DNA of 64,000 nucleotides from NCBI GenBank assembly GCA_051294905.1, contig CM119371.1, positions 24,306,001 to 24,370,000 of the forward strand. Reading direction: 5' to 3'. Position 1 is the stretch's first letter; every line of letters starts with the position of its first letter. Below the pieces are notes generated by a model. The model was not told the origin of the DNA, did no database searches, and saw nothing but the letters and a program-made list of their open reading frames with translations. Shown in pieces: positions 1 to 12,697 of this stretch. A program made the position numbers and the translations under genes. This DNA comes from Botryllus schlosseri. Lineage: Eukaryota.

Positions 1-1
1 G

Positions 2-1339
2 GTGGGCAGTACGAACACAGAAGCTTTGGGAAATGGGCGTGGCGTAACACCAAGTGAAAAAAGGAAACCAGCAAACAACCGCTCGACACCGTCTCCGGCT
101 TGGGAAATGCTAACGACTGCCACTGAAGCAATGTCGTTACCAAGGTTCCCGTCCGCGCACCAGGAAGTCATGAGAAGGGGGAAGGAATTGGCGAGCCAAA
201 ACAAATCGGCGGAGGCGATAATTACCAGAAGAATGACTCACGAGACCACCACGCAAACGAAAATAACCGACCAAAGGTTAGTAGAGACTGATTGGTCCGG
301 CTTTGCAGGAACTACGGTTTCCTACCAGGTTTCCTCCGATCGACATGTAGACGGTAAAACAACACCCGAAGCGAGTAGAACTACCTATGTAACGACTAGC
401 CCTCTCCCTAACACTACCGAAACGAGCGAGACTCCAAAGGATCAGGAGGACGCCGTCGTCCCTTTGGTGACCGTTGAACGGCTGACAACAACAGTATCAA
501 AGACTACAGCGCCGAGACACCTACCATCCCAAACTCTAGGATGGCGGATGAAAACGACGCTGGTGCAAGTTAGACGATCACAATTGGTAGCTGATAAAGA
601 GGGGCGGTATAAAACTGTTAAACGAACTGATGTGCTTCATGGGAAGCAACAGTTGCCAACTAGCGCGCGAAACCTACCCGAAGAAACGACGAAAATCAGT
701 GGTGGGGTGTCCACAACAACGCGTGTGAACCCGGTTACCCCTACAGACGTTCTGCAGGACTCCAGAGGTGATGACGGGACCGACATCAGAACGAACTACC
801 AAAACTCAGACCACAACCGAAAGGTAAGTACCGAAACAACTGTTTTGTATTTAACAGGAGACGACAAAGATGACTCGTCCCCGAGGAGGGTCGAACTAAG
901 GAATACTACCTTGGAGTCAACGATGGCTGACGCATCACCGCAGCCTGGGCCGAAAAATCAAAGGTTGGGAACACCCGCGCCTGAATATTCCCGATTATCA
1001 AGAACCACCGTGCGGGAGACAACCACAGATTTCGTTGACTACAACTATACTCGATGGCTGCACGAACTGGTGATGATGGAAGGTGGATATAAGGTAAGAG
1101 AATTATCCTTGATCGATAGGATTATTATGGAAGGTGCGAAACTGATACCTATCGTGGAACCAGTGGTTGTAATAATGGTGGTAACAGGGTTGGTTGCTCT
1201 GTCGATAGTGTTATGGGTAGGTTGTATAAAGTGTCGTCGACGTAGAACCTTGAATCTTCTGAGGAACACGAGGAGACGTAACGGAACAAGTCAATGGATG
1301 GCGATAAGAGTAATACGGAGCACAACGGAGAATGAATAA
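2..1339 (+). CDS. Thr/Ser-rich mucin-like type I membrane protein, env-like ORF of a putative LTR retroelement; 5' end outside the window
   Basis: 445 open codons with no introns; Thr-rich; N-glycosylation sequons (NRS, NKS, NTT, NYT); hydrophobic segment VVVIMVVTGLVALSIVLWVGCI followed by KCRRRR; paralog at 34057-35106 sits behind Gypsy-like pol motifs. Confidence 0.7.
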   Translation: MGSTNTEALGNGRGVTPSEKRKPANNRSTPSPAWEMLTTATEAMSLPRFPSAHQEVMRRGKELASQNKSAEAIITRRMTHETTTQTKITDQRLVETDWSGFAGTTVSYQVSSDRHVDGKTTPEASRTTYVTTSPLPNTTETSETPKDQEDAVVPLVTVERLTTTVSKTTAPRHLPSQTLGWRMKTTLVQVRRSQLVADKEGRYKTVKRTDVLHGKQQLPTSARNLPEETTKISGGVSTTTRVNPVTPTDVLQDSRGDDGTDIRTNYQNSDHNRKVSTETTVLYLTGDDKDDSSPRRVELRNTTLESTMADASPQPGPKNQRLGTPAPEYSRLSRTTVRETTTDFVDYNYTRWLHELVMMEGGYKVRELSLIDRIIMEGAKLIPIVEPVVVIMVVTGLVALSIVLWVGCIKCRRRRTLNLLRNTRRRNGTSQWMAIRVIRSTTENE

Positions 1340-1812
1340 ATCCGAAGGTAAGAATTGGTGTTTAAGATTTAGATGTAAATACGGGATTTTCATAGTTTGT
1401 TGTATGGAAGTACTGAAGCGTAACGTTATAATTTTTGGCAAATCGTTAAGAAAAATGGTGATAGGTATCATGCGTACAAAACAAATCCATTGGCGCATAG
1501 TTTATGATGAGTCCCAAGCATTCCGTATTTCACGTAATGGGCGTGAACAAAAAAAACTGTGAGTCATGATAAGATAGCTATGTAACGAAGCATAAATCAA
1601 TAGCAGTGCATCGTTTATAATAGATATCAAGTGAATTATTTTACGTAATGGGTGTAAACGGAAAAAACTGAAACCTCGTAACTAGAAATATGCTGAGTCA
1701 TGAAATATTAATTCGAGAGAATTATAAAAGAAAAAGGTTAACGTGTAGAAGTGCTTAGTCAATAAAGTGATCACCATAACCGGATAATGTTGGTGTATTG
1801 TGCACTAGTTCC
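500..1812 (+). repeat. Dispersed repeat homologous to ~34265-35466 (env-like ORF plus 3' flank)
   Basis: Co-linear similarity from ACTACAGCG through GTGCACTAGTTCC in both copies. Confidence 0.9.
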
Positions 1813-1992
1813 AAACTATTAGCCATACTCGTTGAACATGCGAGATTACGAAAGAGCGAATATATATAATGATGATCATATATATCAGAAGAAAACAAAA
1901 CTGTTCGACCTTAGAGCAACAACACGAATATACAAAACCGGTGACATCCTCACGCAATAAAACGAAGGGAGAACATTGTTTTCTAATGGATC

Positions 1993-2252
1993 GAACGAAG
2001 CTACCGCATGAGATCGAACAAAACCGGATAGGAATTCATCGTGATTGAATGTACCGACAAAGTCATCCTTTCTACGTATTTTAGTCATACCCGCGAGAGA
2101 TAGAAAATTTGCATTATTAGGTTAACTACCGGATATAACGAAGCCTAATGCATGAGATGGAACAACACCGAGTATGAATTTATTCTGATTGAATATAGCC
2201 ACAAGACCATCCTACTACGTATTTTAGACATTCCCTCGACACTTAGAAAATC
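1993..2252. repeat. Diverged tandem duplication, period ~144 bp
   Basis: AACGAAGC..GCATGAGAT.GAACAA.ACCG..TGATTGAAT..CTACGTATTTTAG..TAGAAAAT occurs at ~1993-2110 and ~2138-2252. Confidence 0.75.
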
Positions 2253-2743
2253 AGAACCTAATCGAGATGATCCCGGATGATCCTTTTACGGATTTGTGTT
2301 TGTTGGGAAGCGACGTCCAACATTGCAAGACCCTCTCCCAATAGTTTTCGTTGGCCTACAAAACGCTATACACTCGTCGCGGAGTTGGAGTATGATTCCA
2401 CAGCCACCAAGTACAAATCAAGTCAAGAAACTCAGGTTCATCGGCCAACACAGAAACAAGATGAAGTTGTCGAGTTTTCATGGCCCGTCTGCGTTGCCGT
2501 TTATTACGCAACAGCAATTTATATAGAGCAATGAGCAACACTTATCAAGCTACCATCCATCTGAGTTGAAAACAACTGTTGTTAATTCACTGCATCACTC
2601 ATCGCAATCCTTATACTGCACCAGGCCTATGGTGCCCCTTTATTGGCCATTATAACGCTCAGCCGTAACACAACGCAGTCTGTTATCAACGCTGGGAACA
2701 CCTCGGCGAGGTGATTTCATAACAGCGCTACCTTACGAGGAAC

Positions 2744-2930
2744 GTCGTTCAGACTTCACGATAATCCCGAGAAAAACCGACTGGTGTGAACGCACAATCG
2801 CGAAAATTGCGGACTGGTTTGAACGCTCACATATCTGGGAAAATTCTGAGGATTTTTGTCCCGATATGAACGCAGTAAGTTCTGAGAACATTTCTCGGAA
2901 TATTATCAGAATTCATGTCTGAACGCACCC
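2744..2930. mobile_element. Short PIF/Harbinger-like MITE, degenerate
   Basis: CGTTCAGAC ... GTCTGAACGCACCC inverted ends with internal TGAACGC repeats. Confidence 0.5.
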
Positions 2931-4552
2931 CAAGTCGTTTCGACACCTTCCTATCTTTCATTGTGTCGCTGTCTGGTGGTGTATCGAAATGATGAAATTA
3001 TTAGCGATAAATTGAATTGAATTGAACGTTACAGAAGTTCCTTCTTTTAGCGCCAGGTTTCCTTTACTAGTTTAGATACAACCAAATAGCACGCCTGATT
3101 GCGCTTGGGTCACAACCCTTCTCCATTAATTTGACCAAAGCGATTTGTGCCAATATTTGGGCTGGCTTCCCAACCGCGAAATTTGATAAAACCCGGGTCA
3201 ATCGAAAGATAATGCGGTTATTGTTTCGGAATTGCAGGCTATTCATTGCTCATAGTTCTCGCAGCCCCAAAATCATAATCGGTGCGACGTACAACACGCC
3301 TCGAAGAAGCATTGCTCTATTGATGACGATTTTTGATATATTTTATCGCTTATATACGGGCGTCAAGTCCGGGAGCGATGCCGATGTGGTATCCTTGTCT
3401 TGCAAGGTTCGCACATTGTCCGCAACAGGGATTACCGTGAATTTTTCAGCTTTCCCGGCTATTTATCGAGATCATTCATTCTAGATATTTATAACATTCT
3501 CAAGTTATGATGTCGATTGAGTTAGCTTTGAAATGAAGCAAGAATTAGTGATGATTAAGGACGAACACGAGATGTGCCGGTAGCGCATTGCTCATTGCCG
3601 TGCAACCGAGTAAACCACTTCCTCTTGCAGGATTCCTTCACACTACAAAATTAGAAACTTATTTTCCATGACCACGAGCACAATATAATTTATAATTCCA
3701 CAATTTGCAACGCTGTAGCTTCTGATGGGTATGTGTTTTTTTTTCCAAAATTCGTGGTCGTGCGATAAATCGTCTTTGGTCAAATGGAGAAGATATTGTG
3801 AGCCTGGCGATTGGCGTATGTCTACTATATACGCCAGTGTAGGGCACAATGGTGAAGTCCTCTTTACAACTCCACTTTAATTTAGCAGTGTTTTCGCACT
3901 TCGTTTCGGCCCCTAAGTAATTTTATAATTAGATGTTGAGAATCATACCGTTTCGTGATAATTTCGAGATCGGAGATCTTCAAACAGCTAGAACAATGAT
4001 CCTTAGTATGTTCCACGGAACACAAGGAGTTACGCGAGCCAGTTTCGGAGGTTCCCTGAAGATCAAGAGTCAGACTCAATTCGTACATATAATTTGCGAT
4101 AATCATATGTTGCCGGTAATTTGGCCCGAACAGTAGTCGCATTCCGACAGTTGTGGTTTCGGGTATATCGAGTGTAATGGTGTACGCAGAAGCAGTTGGG
4201 GTTCAAAATCGATACCTCGTCCTAATGAAATGTGAATTGTCTTCCCAATATTGATAATCTCACTTGCAATTACAAAAATGGTGTCATTATGTTTCGTTTC
4301 AACTGAACATGACACTTACCAAGGTTATCGTATTGTGTGAAAATTATATTTTAACCAGATAACAACTGCAGTCGACATCTTATCTTTCGACTGCGGTCGG
4401 GACATTGTGGAGTACCTTCCCATTCATATAGAATCGGTTGTTCGGACTATCTAATTTGCGACGAATGCAGCGTGATCGACACAGTTAATAAGCACTTGGT
4501 TGAAAACGAGCATTAAATATGTCTTCCACGTGTCTTTTTGAATACCTTATTG

Positions 4553-5479
4553 CAGTGGTCGGGAACCTATGGCTCGCGAGCCATATACTGCTCTTTTGGG
4601 TATAAGATATGGCTCTTTGCCAAATATTAAATTTTTTACTGAATTGATCAATATTGAAGCAACTGGTTGATAAATTTTCATCACGGCCTGATTAATTATT
4701 CTCATGGCAGTATAAACATGTCTTTGAGAGGTAAAGACAATGCCGTCTTCATATTTAGGGGCTCGGTCCCCTCTTTTCAAAATCATAAAATTTAAGTTAC
4801 TGTCACGCCGGTGGTCAATACCACTGGCGAATTCTATGTACTCGACTTTAAATCTTGAATTGTGCGAGACGTTGATTAATCCAAGGGCATAGCAGACATG
4901 GTAACGCCCATTTCAAAACGCAGTTTTAAAATACACATTGTCTTCCTGACCGACGGCGCGAGATGAACTGCCGTGGACGTGACAATAAGAATTATAAACT
5001 CGAATTACAAACAACGCCATAGCTATCCACGTTCTTGATTGGTAAGTAGCTCTGTAGTACCGGCGATAAAATGTATGCATGCAGCGCAACGTTATGTTAC
5101 CGACGAATACCTTGACAATTGAGATCGATAAGTATTTAAATTTTCGGAATCACTGTGACAGTTACAATCGATTAATATGAGTTACAATAAATTATATGCT
5201 ACTTACGATTAATTGCGTTGTCAACCGTGAGGCTTGGACCGTCTGTGCCCTATCTCACGTTTCGAGCTTTATTTTCCAGCTATATATACCAGTTTTTACA
5301 GAGAAAATAGGGCGCTCACGAGGAATCTCATCTAGTGAGTTAGAATTACTGATACCATGACGTGACGAATTTTCAATTGTGACGTAACAGTCGATTGGCA
5401 TATATGACTCCTTGGGAGTTGAGATCGAAAAAAATACGGCCAATATGGCTCTTCGGACAAAAAAGGTTCTCGACCACTG
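4553..5479. mobile_element. Non-autonomous hAT (Charlie/Buster-type) element
   Basis: Ends CAGTGGTCGGGAACCT / AGGTTCTCGACCACTG; perfect 8-bp TSD CCTTATTG (4545-4552, 5480-5487). Confidence 0.9.
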
Positions 5480-8400
5480 CCTTATTGGAATGAGCTACCT
5501 ATCCCGCCAGCCGTACGCCACCTATACTTTCGTTATGGGGATTGCCGACCGCCGCTGCTCAGATCGAAAGAAGTTCAGTTAGTTACCGCTTGATTTAAAT
5601 TACGTCAAGACCGTGGGACAAAATGGCATAAATGGCGATAAACAACACTTCAGTTTCCAATAATATTTATTGCTTCTCATCTCTTAACGCTCTTTTGGTG
5701 TACAGGCTATTTGTGCAATAATAATATATAGTAGGTAGTATGGTAGATTTTTGTATTTATGACTCCGCAAAATTTGGGGATCCGCTGACGTTGAAAACTC
5801 GCGTAGGTGTTCTACGGGTTGTTAAGGGTTAAGACCCACTGAGCTAGAAATATGTCGTAATCCACTAATATTATAGCGCAAACTCATCGGTTGCAGTGCT
5901 CAAAATCGGGGAGTATGAATGAACTAGTTTGTTCTCCACGACGTGGATAAAATGAAATTCATTTTATATCGATTATACAGAATCACCATTATTACTGCGA
6001 TTTGCATTTGTTCAATATGCATTTATATTCTCTTGCAGCAACATGATGTACCATTTGACCATTCGTGCGTCACGGCTTGTTGCTTGACGTAAAGAGTGCT
6101 GTTATATGTGAAATCGTATTTACGACAGTACGCTTTTGATTCGGCTAATATCATTGCTGAACAGTTTAGTTCATGGATGGTGATTTCATATCTCGTGCCA
6201 TCTCTTCGACAACAACTACATATAAATCAACTTGCTTCACTGTATTCAATCGTATATATTTTCATTGATAACTTCATGTATTTGTTAGTTTTGAAAGCCT
6301 CGAGAACATATACCGGAATTACCTTTCCGTGCATTGTATATTCCATGATAGGATTTTGTTTTCGTGTGATTCTACAGATACAACGTATACAATTTCCGGA
6401 CGGAAGTAACGTTTACAAGCGTGCGTCAATGCGGAACTGAATTCGAAACTTTGATGATATCAAGATTAAAAGAGGGCGAAGTACCAATAATTCATCGATG
6501 CCAAATCAACACATGGGACGGAAATTTCAGACTTGGAAAATTTACGAAATGTGTGAAACTAAATGCCACGATGTAATTCCGAAAATCAGGAAAGGAAGAT
6601 GCGTTGCGGTTTTAAGCACTTTATCTTTACCTTTAACATTTTTGAAATTATTATTGAACGATTTTCACGAATTCTAGTTTCCAAAAAGTCACTTAAACTG
6701 AAGTCAAACTGGTGGGGAATGTTTTTCAATCAATATTACGAGATAGTATTTGTGGGAAGGTACATGGAGAATCATCACATCTCTGCAATGTTAGAAATCC
6801 ATGTATAATCAATTACTATGGAGCCAAAACGGCCAAAACCGATGTTCATATTTTTGAATAGAACGTTACGAAATCGTGGGTCGAAAATAAATGAAGTCCC
6901 GTAGAAATGACGTCGCGAAAGTTGCAAATTAGATTATTGTGGAAGCGATTTATCATCAGCAACAAATATTTGTGTGTATTTTGAGAAATGCATGGTAGCA
7001 TATAATTGTAGTATGGTAGTGTTTATGAATTGCCGTTTCATGAATTAGTTTGAAATTTACTCACAGAATTCGCTTGATTTTTAAAGTAGTCTTCCGTACT
7101 GATTAACTTACTGTTCTGACATCGATTCATGATCTCTTTTCGTATAGTAAATTACTAAACAAACATCTCTGTAATCACGTGATGGTTTCACTGTCGTCGC
7201 CAAAGTATAGTCAGAGATTATCGGATCGCATAGGATTTATTGTGCATGTTGGATTAGACTAAATGACAAATATTTTGGTATTTACTCTCTTTTGAGATCT
7301 CCACATTTTAGTTGATATGCATGTAAAATTTGACCTATCCTGCTGTCGTCGTCACATTTAATACTATTATATAATACCGGAATAATCACGGGGGGTATAT
7401 GCAAAATTACATCAATAAATGCTAAAATCCTTTATTTGAAGAACGATAAATACTAAAAACTGAACTGATTGAAATGGGATTACGTAGTGAGTTTCCGAAT
7501 CTATATTGAGATGTTCAGTACAGCCGTTTAATTAATCAGTGTGTATTGATCAATAAATGTTTAATCACCAACGCGATGACTCTTTGAACTATATTTCCAG
7601 GATTCAGGTTAGGCATACAACCATAAGGCTTTCATTTACTTATCCAACATTATAGCATACTGCGATTCGAAAGTACAGCTAGGCCTATACCAGGTGAACC
7701 AGAATTATTTACAAGTATTTCCGAAATGCCAAACGTAATATCTGCAATTGTGGATGTGCCGGGCGGCTTGCTTTCAATCATATTAAACAGTTAAATGAAG
7801 GGGAAAGTGGCGATCCTGTCTCATACCATATTTTACGGGAGTGGCCAAACTGAAGCTCGCCAAGTTCCCGCGTCTCATTAAGTCTTTGATTGCGACTATT
7901 GAATGATTAGACACACCTGCAATTAGAATCGATGTATATTGATTTCGATTATGAAGCAGCACATATCTCAGGCTTTGATTTGGGCTTCCAATAACCATTA
8001 TCTACTCAGGGTTCATATTTGGCGATGCAACAGACACCACGGAATAATCGCGATTTAGAGTCAGATTTCTATTTTTAGACAGCTTCATTATCGGGTACTG
8101 TTAAAGTACCGACCTGATAACATCGTGTGATGGTCCTTTAAGCTTGCGGGGTTGCTGGGAAAGTTATCGTAGTGGTTGCATCCAACGCTAGGTACACAAG
8201 CGTGCCTATGGTTAAATTCCGCGACAGAGTTTAATCTGGGCTCTTGATCCCCCGTCTCGCCGAACTAACCCAGTGTAAGACCATATATCATATACCATAT
8301 TCTACTTTAAAAAAGAAACGATTGTAAAGTGACGGAAAGGAGATCAACATTAACATGAAATACTGTGACTTCGGGCACCAGGCCGAAATGGGTGCCAATT

Positions 8401-8581
8401 AAGAAACCGTAACTGGTCGTTTCAGCATCGTCCTATCTGTTTGTTGCGTCGCATTGTGTTGGTTGGTTGGTTTTGAGGTACTCATAGTTTTTGTCGACTA
8501 CTGCGGTCATTCACACCAGGCCAATATTTTCAATTTTTATTCCGTAATTGCTGACTGATATATACGGCTTATATAGGCTTT

Positions 8582-9881
8582 AACATACGTGAGCAAGTAT
8601 CTACCAAGCTCCTGAATGTCCATAATGGATTTCAACCATCCCGCGGGCTGTACAACAGAGCATATCCTGGCACTGCGCACAATCATTGGCACCTGCCGCT
8701 CACACAAAAAGAATGTTGTGGCTGTCTTTGTTGACTTTGCAAAAGCCTTCGACTCGGTCTCGCTCCCAGCATGGCGAATATCCTCAGATTCTATGGAATT
8801 CCTGAGGTGATAAGGAACGCCATTATGGCCATCTACATTGACACACGAGCGCGAGTCCGAACAGATGACGGTCCAAGCGGAGATTTTACCACTTCGGCCG
8901 ACGCACTTCAAGGTGACACCTTGGCACCATTCTTGTTCGTGACAATCCGTGACTTCGTGCTACGAACGGCTTTCCCGGACAACTCGGACCTCTTTGAATG
9001 GCGGCCACGGCAAGGAACGCGTAGGCGTACGACTCGCGAGGCTATCCACGTAGGTATTCTCGCCTACTCAGACGACCTCGCCTTGATTGCCCCGAATACC
9101 GCATCGGCACAGCGCCTCATCAACCAACTAGAGGCCGCCGCTGCTCTTATTGACCTCCAGATTAATGCCAAGAAGTCTGAGGTTCTGGCCATACCAGCTC
9201 TGTCGGAGAACGCGACACCAATTCAATTGGGAGAAGTCAGGCTCAAGAATGTCAAGATTTTATATACCTCGGTATTGACGTCACGGACTCTGGAAAAGCA
9301 CTGAAGGCGGGGCGAGCAAAGGCCTTGGGTGCGGAAAGACGGCTATATTGCCTCTTCCACGCAAGTGCCTCACCCCAGCTCAAGACCCGCATTTTCTCTG
9401 ACACTGTCGAGCAGGTTCTTCTCTACGGAATAGAAGCACTCACGCTGACAGAAAAGCTGGCTAAGACTCTAAACGCCAACTACGATGCACTCCTCCGCTA
9501 CGCACTCGGCATCCACCACCCGGAGCACATATCCACCAATGCACTGTGCAAACTTACAAAAACAGTCCCATGCCGTTTGCTGGCTGCTGAACGACGCTTC
9601 CGCCTAATCGGTCATCTAGTGCGGCATCAAGACGATCAACCAGCCGCCGCCATCATCAACCACATTCCGACGGAGCCAGACGCAGAGGTGGCTGGAATAG
9701 AAGCACATGGCGCTCGACAATAGAGACCCAGCTAGTGCAACGCGGACTTTCGCTCGAAGACGCCCACGACCACCCACGATGTAGGCGCTTAACAAGGGCC
9801 CAAAACGGATTATCTTGATGTTCTTTTGTTTCCTGTTTTCTTTTGGCCTTTTATTTACTTATTTAATTGAAAGTCGTTATA
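8582..9881 (+). mobile_element. 5'-truncated RTE-clade (RTE-X-like) non-LTR retrotransposon
   Basis: 12-bp TSD TATATAGGCTTT (8570-8581, 9882-9893); RT motifs inside. Confidence 0.85.
8616..9723 (+). pseudogene. Frameshifted LINE reverse transcriptase
   Basis: TTEHILALR, FVDFAKAFDSV, LQGDTLAPFLF, LAYSDDLALI, LQINAKKS, VLLYGIE and LIGHLVR spread over three ORF pieces. Confidence 0.9.
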
Positions 9882-10569
9882 TATATAGGCTTTTTGTAAT
9901 ATACCGCTTACGTGGGTCAGGTGGCGAGGAGGAGCCTAGATAATCCTCCAACACTTAGGAATCGGACTACTGAAGTCGACCACATTCGGGCTCGGACCAG
10001 CTACTCCTGGTGTTACAGCCGCGGATTATACCACTGCGCTATCTCCCTACAATCGCATTGTGTCTTTTGTATCGCATTGTACATTGTGTGTGCCTCGATC
10101 GGATCGATATTTATAATCCGACGGATATTATAACTCTACAGTGTTGACGATTCTATATTAATCAACTCCAAAACTGAATATCATGATGTGTCTTTATTTT
10201 ATTGCCAGCACACGACATAAGGTCGATAGCCACTGCATTTCACTAAAATGAGGCGGAGGACATTTATCGCAACTATATTGCAATACTGGCTGAATCCATG
10301 ATTCCATTTTTTTTAAATCGAATCCATGATTGCACTCGCGTTATATAGCTTGACCTGTTAGGCACTGCCGATTTTCAGGTTTTGAATGCTATTTCTGGGT
10401 GGTTCCATTGCCTTGATGTAAGTTCAATGTATATTAGAAGAATTAGCAGGACTGTAGCTTTCAAATAAGATCAACTTTTTTTATTTTGAGCGCTAGAGTC
10501 GTGATCTATGGGATTAGCAATTTAATTACCGTTTAATGCTATGAACAAATCTAAAGACCATCGAATCAC

Positions 10570-10908
10570 TCGTCTGGCCAAGACCAATAATGCGTAAGCT
10601 TATATTCCTTTGCAAGCCCTAGTCGAGATTGTTGGCAACGCCGCGAAGGAAATTGATTTTCTGGGATTACTCCAGTTGATACATTTGGTAACGTTTAATA
10701 AGTCAGCATGTTCCTCAGCATTGTAGCATAATGTTGCCCAAGTCGCCGTCTTAGTTATCTTCTATATCAATTCACTGAAAGGTAGTGTTGTAATTAGCAA
10801 TATGGCGTCATGTGACGTCACATGTTCACGTTCGCATTCACACAGAACCTTTTAAAAAGGTTCGCGTTCCCACGAACCTGAACCTTTTAGGGGTTCGCAT
10901 CACCCCTA
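10570..10908. mobile_element. Partial copy (one end) of the TAGGG/GGTTCAC hAT MITE family
   Basis: Similar to ~16020-16391; ends GGTTCGCATCACCCCTA. Confidence 0.7.
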
Positions 10909-12697
10909 GGCACTAATATCTTGAAATCGTAAAATGAAGTCGCATTGAATCGCGCGTATAGCGAGAAGGGAATTCCAAGATCAATTAAATCTCTCAAAGA
11001 ATAACAAACCTCTCAAAAATTTGGGAGTCAATTTGTAAATTCAAATTTCATGTCGACGGCTACCAACACAGACTAATTGAATTTGGGCCGCAGGTTGCTC
11101 ACTTAAGCAAATCAAACGATATCATATTTGTATAGCGAAAGTGTATATAACCCTCACCCCTTCCTACCGAAGACCAACAACAACTTATTGCATGTAATCA
11201 GAGCATCTACAGTTGTTTGTATCCTTTCCGACCCAACGGAGCGCACTAGATGTGGAAAGTAGTTTCAGGCACCCGTTCACGTCGATTACTGACAGTTGTA
11301 GGATCTGAACCGCTGATGACTAAAATACGGTTACCAACCAACCTGCGTCATGACGCTGTTCATCAGTGGCGGCTCGTCACAAGATAAGGTAGTGGGGAAA
11401 GGGCTAACAACTCCGTGCTGGAAAGCGTGCGAAATTTTCCGGTAAAATGACGACACAATACCATATTCCTACAAACAAATGTCATTTCATGATGGTCATT
11501 CGACTCACCAATATCATTGACTTTTCACCTTGGCGCCGTGATATGAGAGTACCCCATGTTACTATCGCGGTGTCGAATTGATCGCGTAAAATGCTATCAA
11601 TCGAAGTCATTTACCTAATTGATTGAAAATCACCCCATATTGAGAGAACCTCATTGTCAAAGTGGCAACGATAAGAGACATTTCACGTAAATTCAATAAA
11701 TTTCATCGTATCAATCACATTAGAAATAACACGCAGATTCTTATATACCCGATCAATGCGCCAACAAACAAATACGAAATTATGTTGGTCAGGCTGCCAC
11801 ATGATTTTCACTGCACCAGCAATTGAATTTCACTACCCTCTATCAATGCACACATGAACAATTTAGCGTTATTTCGCCAATTCTTATCACTGCTTTAGAT
11901 AACTATGCCCAGATTTATTTCCAACTAGAGACGCTGATTGTGTTTGCTGCGGTGTCGAATAAACGACGACAGTAAAACAAAAATATAGTGTCCCGATATC
12001 CTCGGTATCCGTTTCTCATTCAATACCTCATCCGCGTCAGCGGTGTCTTACAAAAGAGATCGAAATAAGCAAGTCCATGTCGGAAGATGTAAAGAGAGAT
12101 CATTCCAGCAAAGAAAACTCTAATTCAAATTCGACGATACGGAAAGCACCGCCTAAACAGGACGAAAAAGAAAAATGTGTCGGTGGAACGCAAATCAAAT
12201 CAACCTCCTCAACTACGAAAGGCGGGAATAAAAAGACGGCAAAAATCGATTTGGGCGCAGGATTGTTTAAAACGCAGCATACACCCGCAACAAAGGAGTT
12301 CCGCTGCTTAACAGTAAAATTGCACAAGTCTGTTGTGCAGAGATCAAAATTCGGAAAACGCAGCAAGTCCGAGTCGGAAGATGTAAAGATCAATGATCAT
12401 AGAAAAGTAAACTATGATTCAGATTGCAAGATACGCAGATCACCGTCAAACCAGGACGAAGAATAATGTGCATCAGTCGAAATCGATGTTCTACGAGCGT
12501 CAGCGCTGCCACATGTTCCGCAGGAGTCGTATTTTCAGTTGCGATGGTTGCAGGAAAGGTTGTCTCGGGTTAGCAGCCTCGACACGATGTTGAGGATATC
12601 TAAAATGATTATGACATCCACCAACAACACGGTATCAAAATGCTCCAATAATACGTTTACATGTGGTGTTTTATCTTTTGAACTTTGTGATCTAGAC

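Larger units (their letters stand above)
8459..10047 (-). mobile_element. tRNA-derived SINE split by a LINE insertion (parts 8459-8581 and 9882-10047)
   Basis: The two parts join into the SINE family seen at 19325-19590 and 50243-50513. Confidence 0.8.

Noticed and set aside
1045..1269. Antisense ORF conserved in both env-like copies (also 34812-35036)
   Set aside because: Explained by near-identity of the sense-strand DNA; no independent support
3085..3470. Decayed minus-strand reading frame (LSNFAVGKPAQILAQIALVKLMEKG)
   Set aside because: Two in-frame stops and no recognisable motif
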